Source: Bacilli bacterium
GTDB lineage: Bacteria; Bacillota_I; Bacilli_A; RF39; UBA660
Direction: 5' to 3'
DNA: 64,000 nucleotides
NCBI GenBank assembly: GCA_017548925.1
Contig: JAFYYX010000001.1
Location: 959,767 to 1,023,766, forward strand
A program made the position numbers and the translations under genes. A model generated the notes under the pieces. It was not told the DNA's origin, searched no databases, and saw nothing but the letters and a program-made list of their open reading frames with translations. Shown one piece after another: positions 1 through 9,272 of this stretch; position 1 is the stretch's first letter; every line of letters starts with the position of its first letter.

Positions 1-1957
1 AGTTTTTATTTTCTTCATCTGCTATTTTGTTTTCTTCTGTATAAAGTCTAAACACTCTATCAATAAACTTCTTAGCACCAACTACTGCATCATCATTCCA
101 TGGTTTATCAGCATCAAGTGGTCCCATAAACATTTCATAAAGTCTTAAAGTATCAGCTCCAAAATCTCTTATTACATCAGTTGGATTAACACAATACTCT
201 GGGAATCTTTTACCCATTTTAAGGCCATTAGATCCTAAAATCATACCTTGATGAACTAATTTTTTAAATGGTTCTTGAGTAGGAACTAAACCCTTATCAT
301 ATAAGTATTCATTCCACATTCTTGAGTACAAAAGATGTCCAACAGCATGTTCTGGTCCACCTACATATAAATCAACAGGCATCCAATGTTTTAAAAGTTC
401 TTGATCTGCAAATTCTTTATCATTATGTGGATCAATAAATCTTAAGAAATACCAACTTGATCCAGCAGAACCAGGCATTGTTGATGTTTCTCTTTTACCT
501 TTAACACCATTTACTTCGACATTTACCCATGATGGATCATTTTCAAGAGGAGCCATTCCACCATGACCTTTGTAATCTTCTAGTGTAGGAAGTACAAGTG
601 GTAATTCATCATCGCTTAATAATACTGTATTACCATCTTCTAAATGAATAACAGGAACTGGTTCTCCCCAATATCTTTGACGAGCAAAAATCCACTCTCT
701 TAATCTATAGTTAGTCTTTTCTTCACCAACACCCATATCCACTAATTTTTTAGTAATAGCTTTTTTAGCTTCTTCTACAGTTAAACCAGTAAATTCTTCA
801 CTATTAATTAACTTACATCCTTTTCCTAAGTAATCTTGTTTTTCAAAGGCACATTCAGTTGTATCTCTTCCTTCAATTACTTGAATCATAGGAATGTTAT
901 ATTTTATAGCATATTCAAAATCTCTTTGGTCATGTGATGGAACTGCCATAACAGCACCTGTTCCATAACTTGCTAGTACAAAGTCTCCTAAATATATTTC
1001 TACTTCTTTACCGTTAACTGGGTTAATAGCATAAATACCTTTTAAACAAACTCCATTTTTATCTTTGTTTAATTCAGTTCTATCTATATCACTCTTTTTA
1101 GCAGTTTCTTCTCTATATTTAACTACTTCATCCCAGTTTTCTATTCTGTTCTTTAGTTCGTCTACAAGTGGATTTTCAGGAGCAAGTACCATAAATGTAA
1201 TACCATATATTGTTTCAATACATGTAGTATAAATTTTAAATGATCCGCCACCCTTTATATCAAACTTAACTTCAACACCAGTTGATTTACCTATCCAGTT
1301 TCTTTGAATTTCTTTTGTTGATTCAGGCCAGTCTATTTCATCAAGTCCTGATAACAATTTTTCAGCATATTTAGGAATATCAATAACCCATTGTTTCATA
1401 TTTTTTCTAATAACAGGGTATCCACCACGTTCAGATTTACCATCAATAACTTCATCATTTGATAAAACTGTTCCTAATTCTTCACACCAGTTAACAGGCA
1501 TATCTATATATTTTGCATATCCATCTTCAAATAATCTTTTAAATATCCATTGTGTCCATTTATAGTATTCTGGATCAGATGTTGATATTTCTCTATCCCA
1601 GTCAAAACTAAAACCTAAAGATTTTAATTGACCTCTAAATGTTTTAATATTTTCATTTGTAAATATTGCAGGGTGATTTCCTGTAGAAATCGCATATTGT
1701 TCTGCAGGAAGTCCAAATGAATCATATCCCATTGGATGAAGCACATTAAATCCTTGCATTCTTTTCATACGGCATACAACATCAGTAGCAGTATAACCTT
1801 CTGGGTGTCCTGCATGAAGTCCTACTCCAGATGGATAAGGAAACATATCAAGAGCATAGAATTTTGGTTTAGAAAAATCCCATGCATCAGTTTTAAATGT
1901 TTTATTATCTTCCCAATATTTCTGCCATTTTTTCTCTATTTCACTATAATTATTCAT
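1..1957 (-). CDS. leuS: leucyl-tRNA synthetase, N-terminal ~650 codons (3' end runs off the window)
   Basis: Absent from the ORF track because it is open at the window edge. Hand translation of the minus strand from ATG at 1955-1957 gives MNNYSEIEKKWQKYWEDNKTFK..FYALDMFPYPSGVGLHAGHPEGYTATDVVCRMKRMQGFNVLHPMGYDSFGLPAEQYA (class I HIGH-type motif, LeuRS-like). A Leu-type T-box lies upstream. Confidence 0.9.
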   Translation of the reverse strand, partial: MNNYSEIEKKWQKYWEDNKTFKTDAWDFSKPKFYALDMFPYPSGVGLHAGHPEGYTATDVVCRMKRMQGFNVLHPMGYDSFGLPAEQYAISTGNHPAIFTNENIKTFRGQLKSLGFSFDWDREISTSDPEYYKWTQWIFKRLFEDGYAKYIDMPVNWCEELGTVLSNDEVIDGKSERGGYPVIRKNMKQWVIDIPKYAEKLLSGLDEIDWPESTKEIQRNWIGKSTGVEVKFDIKGGGSFKIYTTCIETIYGITFMVLAPENPLVDELKNRIENWDEVVKYREETAKKSDIDRTELNKDKNGVCLKGIYAINPVNGKEVEIYLGDFVLASYGTGAVMAVPSHDQRDFEYAIKYNIPMIQVIEGRDTTECAFEKQDYLGKGCKLINSEEFTGLTVEEAKKAITKKLVDMGVGEEKTNYRLREWIFARQRYWGEPVPVIHLEDGNTVLLSDDELPLVLPTLEDYKGHGGMAPLENDPSWVNVEVNGVKGKRETSTMPGSAGSSWYFLRFIDPHNDKEFADQELLKHWMPVDLYVGGPEHAVGHLLYSRMWNEYLYDKGLVPTQEPFKKLVHQGMILGSNGLKMGKRFPEYCVNPTDVIRDFGADTLRLYEMFMGPLDADKPWNDDAVVGAKKFIDRVFRLYTEENKIADEENKN

Positions 1958-2327
1958 CTTTTAATTTCCAACCTTTCTTAACTAAAATTCTTCCATATAT
2001 TTCATATACAGAGTAAATAAATCCAAATAAGAGGACAAATCCTATTAAGAGTTGCCAAATCATTTTTAGTTTAATGTTAGAAATGATTGTAACAACGCCT
2101 GAGATTATAAATCCATTAATTAAAGCACAGTATAAACCCATCGGTTTATATAACACTTTATTCTTATCAAGTTTAAATTTATATATGAGGTAACCAAATT
2201 CCATTATTTGATCATTTTTAATTTTTTTATTTTTGATTTTTCTTTTAAATACAAAAAGATAATCAATTAAAAATATAACAAGTGCTAATACAAAAAAGAA
2301 TATTAAATTAGCTAGTATTTTTTCCAT
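1950..2327 (-). CDS. small integral membrane protein (125 aa), between the T-box leader and leuS
   Basis: ORF track. Three or four hydrophobic segments and a KRKIKNKKIKN loop. Its stop overlaps the leuS start by 8 nt, suggesting translational coupling. No family recognised. Confidence 0.5.
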   Translation of the reverse strand: MEKILANLIFFFVLALVIFLIDYLFVFKRKIKNKKIKNDQIMEFGYLIYKFKLDKNKVLYKPMGLYCALINGFIISGVVTIISNIKLKMIWQLLIGFVLLFGFIYSVYEIYGRILVKKGWKLKDE

Positions 2328-2344
2328 ATATTTTTATCTTCCTT

Positions 2345-2545
2345 TCAAATAAAAAAAGATGTTACCAAAGGACGTTAATAATATATAACGTGGTACCACC
2401 TTATTTGCTTCTTAAAGTATTCTATAAAGGAAATAACCCTATCACATCCAAAAGCAAGTTCATAAGCATTCTTTATTAGTTTTCACCGACCACTAATTCT
2501 CTCTTTAAAGAATAATTCTTATTACTACTCTTTTTTCAACTGCTT
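2345..2545 (-). promoter_or_regulatory. T-box riboswitch leader, probable Leu (CUU) specifier, with terminator/antiterminator
   Basis: The minus strand reads ..AAAGAGAGAAUUAGUGG.. (stem I GA-type motif), then ..GAAUGCUUAUGAA.. (candidate specifier CUU at about 2464-2466 followed by A). The T-box core GGUGGUACCACGUU lies at about 2387-2400 and overlaps a terminator hairpin (ACGUU..AACGU / GGUACC..GGUAAC) followed by a U-run at about 2351-2357. A TATAAT box lies at 2552-2557. Confidence 0.7.
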
Positions 2546-2598
2546 AAAGGTATTATATAAAAAAAAATTACATTTTTCAATGTAATTTCTTTTATTTA

Positions 2599-5001
2599 TT
2601 ATAATTGTGAAATATATTCAAGAAGATTTAAGAACATCTTTATAAATCTAGGAGTAAGTCCTTCTTTTTTAAGTTGTCTTATCTTAATACGTTTCTTTCT
2701 AATAGATAAATCTTTACTAAAGATAATTGCAGCAATTCTTTCTTTTAATCTTGTTTCAATCATTAAATCATTAATGATGGAATTAATATCTTCATTAATA
2801 ATACGAACTGCATTTATTTCAATATCTTGTCCCTTACAATTAATAGTTAATTGTTTAGTTGTTGGAACTTCTTTAATATCAACAATAAAATCATTATCTT
2901 CTTGATATGTAGAATATTCTAAATTAGCTTTATCTTGATCTAGGTATAACTCTACACTATCAGCTTCTCTAGTATTTCTAAATCTAATTTTGTAATCTCT
3001 TGTTGCAGGTAAAATACCATTTTTACCATCTTTAGGTCTTATAATTAAAGTATAGTTATTTTGCATGTAATTATAATCAAAAGATGTAATAGTATAGTAT
3101 CCTTTTTGATAAAGTTTAGTAACTCCATCATCTTCATATAAATCATATGTATTACTTTCGCCAGGGAAAATATGAATTTCCATTTTAGATGGAATACCTG
3201 ATACATTTATATTTTCATCAAATATAGATAAAGGTATTATAGATCCAGCTTTAGCAAATACTGGATAATCTTCATCTTTAAAAAATGCAATGTATCTTTT
3301 ATTACCTGGGAATTTCTTACCAGTCTTAAAGTCATACCACATACCTTTAGGTATATAAATTCTTTGAATAACTCGGTTCATGACTTCATCATGTTTTTTA
3401 GTTATAGGAGCAACAAGTAATTCACCACCAAAGAAATATTCATTTTTATAAAATGGTTCATCATATATTTCAGGATATAAATAGTATAGTGGTTGAACTA
3501 AAGGTAGTCCTGTTTCACTATATTTATAACCTTCATTATAAATATATGGAATTAATCTTTGTCTTAAAGAACAGTAATCTTTAACAATATTAAATGTTTT
3601 AACATCCCAAAGCCATGGTTCTCTTTTATAATATGGGCCACGTCTTGCAGCAAATCTAAATATAGGAGAATAACAACTAAATTGTACATATCTCATATAT
3701 AGTTCACTATCTTCAATACCTTCTTTATATCCTCCAACATCATGACTCCACCAAGAAAGTCCAATATTAGATGCTGTTGAATTAAATGAAGGTAAATAAT
3801 CAAGAGTATCCCAAGATACTATAGTTTCTCCTGAATAATGAATTGGATACCTATGAGCAGCAGTCATAGTATTTCTAGACATAGTAAGTGGTCTATTAGT
3901 TGATTCAATAAATAAATCACTATTATGATAATAATCAAGTGCTTTTAAAGTAGATAAATCTTGCTTATAATCAATCCAGAAAAAATCTATTCCATCATGA
4001 ACAAGTGGATTAATTAATTTTTCAAAGTATATTTTAATTAAGTTTTTATCAAATACATTAAATGGTATTACAGTATCTTTTTCTGATTCTATATTAAGTT
4101 CCTTTTTAATTTCTTTATACATAAGTTCATGAGGATATATTCCTTCATATGGATCAAGCTGTAAACCTATTCTAACTCCTCTTTCATGAAGATAATTAAC
4201 AAATTCAAAAGGATCTGGAAATAAACTTGGATTAAATGTATAACCTGATTTAAACTTTTCAAGAGTACTCATATTTGTTAAATCTTTAATATGCCAGAAA
4301 TCAGTTAAAAGTACAACAGATAGAGGTATTTTATATCTATTAAATGTATGAATTATTTTTTTAACATCATTATCTGAGTAAATCTTTTCTCTATTCCACC
4401 AAATACCAAGTGCATATCTTGGTATCATTGCCGGTTTACCAGTTAAAGTAAAATAATCTTTTAAACATAGTCCAAAATCTCTTCGATACATAAATAGATA
4501 TATATCAATTCTTTTTTTATCAGTCTTAACTAAGTATCCATTGTCATCAAATATTAAAGAATTAGAGTCATCAATTGTTGCAAAACCATCAGTAGAATAC
4601 AATCCTTTTTCTAACTTAGTTTTAGTACCATTTGCATCAAGAGATATTGCAGAGCCACCAAAATTTCTAGCTTCTGGTTGTCCATAATACCAATATTTAT
4701 CAGTATTAACAAGTGATACTCTTAGATTTTTATCAGGTGCATATGTCGCCCCTTTAAATGGTGCTTCCTTTTTATAAACTAATTGAAAATAATTAGTAGT
4801 TATTTGTAAAAATTGACTATCTTGTTGAATATTAAATTCAACAGCAGGAAATTCTCTATTTATAGCAAGTTCGGTTTTTTCATCAATAAATTTACCATCT
4901 TCACTATATTCAAGACGGACAAGTCTTTCAGTTAAAACAGTAATACGATAATTCTTGCCAATAAAAACAGAGTTTTTATTACTTACAGAAATATTACTCA
5001 T
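2599..5001 (-). CDS. glycoside hydrolase family 31-like protein (alpha-glucosidase/alpha-xylosidase type)
   Basis: 800-aa ORF with motifs GIDFFWIDYKQD and GLSWWSHDVGGY, resembling GH31 catalytic-region signatures. The C-terminal beta-sandwich-like tail is typical of the family. Assignment is by motif only. Confidence 0.7.
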   Translation of the reverse strand: MSNISVSNKNSVFIGKNYRITVLTERLVRLEYSEDGKFIDEKTELAINREFPAVEFNIQQDSQFLQITTNYFQLVYKKEAPFKGATYAPDKNLRVSLVNTDKYWYYGQPEARNFGGSAISLDANGTKTKLEKGLYSTDGFATIDDSNSLIFDDNGYLVKTDKKRIDIYLFMYRRDFGLCLKDYFTLTGKPAMIPRYALGIWWNREKIYSDNDVKKIIHTFNRYKIPLSVVLLTDFWHIKDLTNMSTLEKFKSGYTFNPSLFPDPFEFVNYLHERGVRIGLQLDPYEGIYPHELMYKEIKKELNIESEKDTVIPFNVFDKNLIKIYFEKLINPLVHDGIDFFWIDYKQDLSTLKALDYYHNSDLFIESTNRPLTMSRNTMTAAHRYPIHYSGETIVSWDTLDYLPSFNSTASNIGLSWWSHDVGGYKEGIEDSELYMRYVQFSCYSPIFRFAARRGPYYKREPWLWDVKTFNIVKDYCSLRQRLIPYIYNEGYKYSETGLPLVQPLYYLYPEIYDEPFYKNEYFFGGELLVAPITKKHDEVMNRVIQRIYIPKGMWYDFKTGKKFPGNKRYIAFFKDEDYPVFAKAGSIIPLSIFDENINVSGIPSKMEIHIFPGESNTYDLYEDDGVTKLYQKGYYTITSFDYNYMQNNYTLIIRPKDGKNGILPATRDYKIRFRNTREADSVELYLDQDKANLEYSTYQEDNDFIVDIKEVPTTKQLTINCKGQDIEINAVRIINEDINSIINDLMIETRLKERIAAIIFSKDLSIRKKRIKIRQLKKEGLTPRFIKMFLNLLEYISQL

Positions 5002-5072
5002 ATCACACTTGCCACCTTTCCTATCATAAAATATTTTAACATAATAAAAGACTTAAAACAATTACTTATTAT

Positions 5073-6005
5073 TTAAGTCTTTATTAAAAAATTCATAACT
5101 AAATCAATTAATATTTCTTTTTCCTTAGGATTAGACTGAGCTATTAAAAGAGTAAGTGCAACAAGTGTATTATTATCTATAATTTTCTCATTCTTTTTAA
5201 AAAGAATATTATAAAAATTTAAAAAATATATAAAAAGTGTTGCTGCAATTCTTTTATTACCATCTATAAACACATGATTTTTAGTAATTAAATATAAAAA
5301 ATTTGCAGCTTTTTCTTCTACTGTTGGATATAAATCTTTACCATCAAAGGATTGATAAATATTATTAATAATTGACTTAAGACCATTATCTCTTTCAAAA
5401 GCAAATATATCACTATCATTATTAAATTTTAATTTATGAATTATTTCTAAACATTCCTCATATGTAATAAAATTATCACTAATATTTCCTTTAGGCTTAC
5501 TAATAACTTTATGATCATAATCATCTAGTAGTAATAAAGCTTGAGAATAATTATCTATAACTTTTATAATATCTTGACCTTCATTATTCTCTAATCTATA
5601 ATCTATTCTTCCGGCAATATTAATTAGTTTTACAGTTTTTTCGAGATATTCCATTCTTTTTTGATTAATGACATAGCCTTGAATTAAATAATCCTTCAAT
5701 ACCTTATTAGCCCATTTTCTGAAAATTATACCATTAGGACTTTTTACACGGTAACCAACACTGATTATGACATCAAGATTATAGAATTCTACTGGTTTAT
5801 CAGAAGTAGCAAGTCGCATTTTTTGCGAATTACTATTTTTATCTAACTCCTCATTAAAAATATTATTAATGTGTTTGCGAATTGTTTTATAATCCCTTTC
5901 AAATAACATGGCTATTTGATCTGCATTCAACCATACTGTTTCATCCTTAACATTTACATCTAAATGTACTTCATTATTATCAAAGACTATTACTTTACTA
6001 TTCAT
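5073..6005 (-). CDS. RhuM-like N-terminal domain fused to a Fic/Doc (death-on-curing) domain
   Basis: The N-terminus (VWLNADQIAMLFERDYKTIRKHINNIF..SVGYRVKS) resembles the RhuM family. The C-terminus carries the Doc-type Fic motif HVFIDGNKRIAA. Confidence 0.75.
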   Translation of the reverse strand: MNSKVIVFDNNEVHLDVNVKDETVWLNADQIAMLFERDYKTIRKHINNIFNEELDKNSNSQKMRLATSDKPVEFYNLDVIISVGYRVKSPNGIIFRKWANKVLKDYLIQGYVINQKRMEYLEKTVKLINIAGRIDYRLENNEGQDIIKVIDNYSQALLLLDDYDHKVISKPKGNISDNFITYEECLEIIHKLKFNNDSDIFAFERDNGLKSIINNIYQSFDGKDLYPTVEEKAANFLYLITKNHVFIDGNKRIAATLFIYFLNFYNILFKKNEKIIDNNTLVALTLLIAQSNPKEKEILIDLVMNFLIKT

Positions 6006-6121
6006 ATAATTACACCTCCTTTCAATAATATACTTTTCCGAAAAATTCCAAATTTCCTTCTTTTTTTGAAAAGTTTTTCAATTTTTTTAAAAATTGATAT
6101 AATACAAAGGAGGTTTTAGTT

Positions 6122-7036
6122 ATGTTTAAATATACTTTAGATAACAAAAGATATCATACATTCAACTTCTTTCTTAAAACAAAATTTAATAAGAAAGTTT
6201 TTAAAGTTGCTTTAGATGCAGGTTTTACTTGTCCTAATAAAAAAACTGGTGGATGTATTTTTTGTAGTGAAGGAAGTAAATCAAACATAACTGATAATAA
6301 TAAAAGTGTTTTAGAACAATTTGAAGAAGTAAAAAATATCATGCTAAAAAAATGGCCTGATAGTTACTACATTCCATACCTTCAAGCTAATACAAATACA
6401 TATGAATCAGTTGATAAATTAAAAGAAATATATGAACCACTACTTAAACTAGATAACGTTGTAGGTCTTGCTATTGCAACAAGACCAGATTGTATATCAG
6501 ATGAAGTACTTGAATATTTAAAAGATATAAACAAAAGAACTTTCTTAATGGTTGAGCTAGGTCTTCAATCATCAAATGATAATACACTTAGATTTATAAA
6601 TAGAGGTCATAATGTTAAAGCATTTGATGACATGGTTAAAAAGTTAAAAGATAATAACATCTTTGTTGTTGCACATATAATAAATGGTCTTCCATATGAA
6701 ACTAAAGAAGATATGATTAACACAGTTAAACATGTTAATAGTTTAAATATTGATGCAATAAAAATCCATATGCTTCACGTTGTTAAAAATACAGCATTAG
6801 AAAAAATATATGAAAAGGAATCTTTTCATATATTAACAAAAGAAGAATATATTGATATTGTATGTGATGAGTTAGAGTATCTTAAACCAGAAATAGTTAT
6901 TGAAAGAATTACTGGTGATCCAATAATAGAAAACTTAATAACACCTACATGGCTTACTAAAAAATTTGTACTCTTAAATGACATTGATAAAGAAATGAAG
7001 AGAAGAAATATCTATCAAGGAGATAAAACTAAATAA
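6122..7036 (+). CDS. TIGR01212-family radical SAM protein
   Basis: N-terminal KVALDAGFTCPNKKTGGCIFCSEGS is a cluster-binding motif variant typical of TIGR01212. Length is 304 aa. One of the few plus-strand genes. Confidence 0.85.
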   Translation: MFKYTLDNKRYHTFNFFLKTKFNKKVFKVALDAGFTCPNKKTGGCIFCSEGSKSNITDNNKSVLEQFEEVKNIMLKKWPDSYYIPYLQANTNTYESVDKLKEIYEPLLKLDNVVGLAIATRPDCISDEVLEYLKDINKRTFLMVELGLQSSNDNTLRFINRGHNVKAFDDMVKKLKDNNIFVVAHIINGLPYETKEDMINTVKHVNSLNIDAIKIHMLHVVKNTALEKIYEKESFHILTKEEYIDIVCDELEYLKPEIVIERITGDPIIENLITPTWLTKKFVLLNDIDKEMKRRNIYQGDKTK

Positions 7037-7070
7037 AAAAACATAAACCTGAAAAGTTTATGTTTTCTTT
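7037..7070. terminator. bidirectional rho-independent terminator between convergent genes
   Basis: AAAAAACATAAAC-CTGAAAAG-GTTTATGTTTTCTTTTTT: a hairpin flanked by an A-run and a T-run. Confidence 0.6.
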
Positions 7071-7071
7071 T

Positions 7072-9177
7072 TTAATTTATTTTTGTAATTATCGCGTATC
7101 CATTTCCGGTTTTAGCTTTTTGTGGCGTAGGATCTGAAACAGCTTGATTAATCTTATATGTGTATGTACTTGGATTTGTATTTTCTGTACAGTTATAACA
7201 ATACATTGCGGCATTTGTTAAATTAGCTATATAGCCTGATCCACCAGCACCTGATGCATCAACGCCTGCACCACCGCCGTAGAAGCCTCCGCCTCCAGCG
7301 CCACCGTTGACACAAGTTTCCCATTCAGGTGAGTTACCAGCATATCCAAATCCACCATTCAAAATAGGCAAAAGTACTTCTTGAGCATAATTAGTTCCAC
7401 CAGTTCCGCCGGCTGTTTGTGATCCACCTGTTGGATAAACCATAAATCCTGTATCAGTTCTATAACTATATCCTGATACACCATTGATTCCGCCTCCGGA
7501 GCCGCCATCTCCAAAATACCAATTAACACTGTTAAAAGCTCCACCACCGCCTCCGGCCACGATTAAGATATCATTCTTATTTTTAGTTTCATCTAAATCT
7601 TTAAGTTGGCCAGAAACTTTAGCGATAGATGTTGCACCACCTCCAGATGTACCCCATCTATTTGAATCATTATTACAAGCAGTGCTTCGTCCGCTTCCAC
7701 CACCATTATATCCACCAGCAATATTTCCAGTAGCTTTAACTCCAGTTCCTTGTCCACCAACATTAATATATAGCTTAGTACCTTTTGTTAAATTAATTTC
7801 TCCAACAGAGTATGCTCCATACCCACCAGTATATCCATTAGCAGATCCACCTTGTGCACCCCATACTTCAAGTTTGTATGTGCCTGTTTTTGATACAGTA
7901 AATTTTTGTTCACCATTAGTAAAAGAAAATTCAGTAACGTTACTATCAGGTTCGATATCTGGAGAATATGTTATTTTAACATATCCATTACCTTTTTTAG
8001 CACATTTAGATTGCGGATCATCTTCAGAACATGTCACTGATAGAGTTTTTATATTAGCCACATTAGATGTAGAACAGTTATAACAGTACATAGCAGCATT
8101 ATAAAGTTTACTATTACCTATATAGCCTGATCCGCCACCAGTACCTCTATGATGTGCAGAACCTCCACCATAATATCCTGATCCGCCACCAGATGAATAA
8201 GTAGTTGATGTGCCTCCAATACCAAAAGCTCCTGAGACACCACTTGACCCTGCACTTCCACCAGTCGATTGATTTCCGGAACCTGCGCAAGTATAAGAAG
8301 TATTACTATTACATTGTGAAGTTCCTATATATCCTCCACCATTTCCACCGTTAGCACTATATGATGTTCCATTAGTGTGATAATAAGCTCCTCCACCACC
8401 TCCGGCTACAATTAGGATTTTGTTTACGTTACTAGAAAGTGAAGATAACAAACCAGAAACTAATGCTACATGTGTAGCTCCTCCACCGCCTGAAGTAATA
8501 TTATTTTGGTCTCCTGTATATACTATAGAACCTCCACCACCATTATAGCCTCCGTTACAATTAGAAGTTATACATTCTGACTCACCTTGACCACCAACAT
8601 TGATATATAATCTATCACCTTTTTTTAAATCAACATAGCCAACAGAATATGCACCATATCCGCCAATATATGAATCATTTGCATTTCCACCTTGTGCTCC
8701 CCATGCTTCAATCTTATAAGTACCGGAAATATTCACAGTAAATACTTCTTCAGATCCCTTATAATCAAATTCTTTATTAACAAAAAAATCATTACAATTC
8801 ATTTTTTCAACAGAAGCTGTTTTACCATCTATTATTATCGCAGAATATTCATCATACATTAAACAGCCATAAGAAACTTCATAATCGCTAAGTGTTAATG
8901 AACCTTTTCTTGGTTTTTCCCCAGATATCTTAATTTCTGTTTTATTTAAGTCTCTAACTTGGTAAGTACCTTTTTCCATATCTTCACCAATATTTTGAGA
9001 TAGAGCTGCAACACCATTAACTGCTTTAATATAATTATTAGCATTAACTTCAACAGAATTCTTTTTAGCTTGTTTTACTCTTGAGTTAACAACATTTATT
9101 GCTATTAAAACAATAACAAGTAAAACAACTAATACAGCAAGTATTTCTACTAAAGTAAATCCTTTTTTATTCTTCAT
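7072..9177 (-). CDS. modular type IV pilin-like protein with two glycine-rich (ALK/LTK GRD-like) modules (array gene A)
   Basis: MKNKKG|FTLVEILAVLVVLLVIVLIAI (class III signal, Glu at +5). Cys pair YGCLMYD..KMNC. Two modules carry WGAQGG, YINVGGQG, GGYNGGG, GGGAT, ILIVAGGGGG and GGGSGYI, each capped by MYCYNC..GNGY(V/A)xIT. Start is taken at the second ATG (the ORF track begins 9 nt upstream). Confidence 0.85.
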   Translation of the reverse strand: MKNKKGFTLVEILAVLVVLLVIVLIAINVVNSRVKQAKKNSVEVNANNYIKAVNGVAALSQNIGEDMEKGTYQVRDLNKTEIKISGEKPRKGSLTLSDYEVSYGCLMYDEYSAIIIDGKTASVEKMNCNDFFVNKEFDYKGSEEVFTVNISGTYKIEAWGAQGGNANDSYIGGYGAYSVGYVDLKKGDRLYINVGGQGESECITSNCNGGYNGGGGSIVYTGDQNNITSGGGGATHVALVSGLLSSLSSNVNKILIVAGGGGGAYYHTNGTSYSANGGNGGGYIGTSQCNSNTSYTCAGSGNQSTGGSAGSSGVSGAFGIGGTSTTYSSGGGSGYYGGGSAHHRGTGGGSGYIGNSKLYNAAMYCYNCSTSNVANIKTLSVTCSEDDPQSKCAKKGNGYVKITYSPDIEPDSNVTEFSFTNGEQKFTVSKTGTYKLEVWGAQGGSANGYTGGYGAYSVGEINLTKGTKLYINVGGQGTGVKATGNIAGGYNGGGSGRSTACNNDSNRWGTSGGGATSIAKVSGQLKDLDETKNKNDILIVAGGGGGAFNSVNWYFGDGGSGGGINGVSGYSYRTDTGFMVYPTGGSQTAGGTGGTNYAQEVLLPILNGGFGYAGNSPEWETCVNGGAGGGGFYGGGAGVDASGAGGSGYIANLTNAAMYCYNCTENTNPSTYTYKINQAVSDPTPQKAKTGNGYAIITKIN

Positions 9178-9272
9178 AGATATCATATCCTACTCTACTA
9201 TTAAATATATCATTTATTAGGTTATTTAACAATAAAAAAACTTAAACAAAAATTTATTGTTTAAGTTATATT
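9178..9272 (-). promoter_or_regulatory. conserved intergenic cassette: terminator of gene B plus promoter and RBS of gene A
   Basis: Minus strand: hairpin ACTTAAACAA-N7-TTGTTTAAGT plus U-run (9233-9266), then TTGTTA-N17-TATATT with TG at -15/-14, then AGAGTAGGAT before the ATG. Confidence 0.65.

Noticed and set aside
1736-1981. 81-aa plus-strand ORF.
   Set aside because: It is antisense to the well-supported 5' end of leuS, with low-complexity hydrophobic content and no RBS.
6154-6342. 62-aa minus-strand ORF.
   Set aside because: It is nested antisense within the TIGR01212 radical SAM gene.
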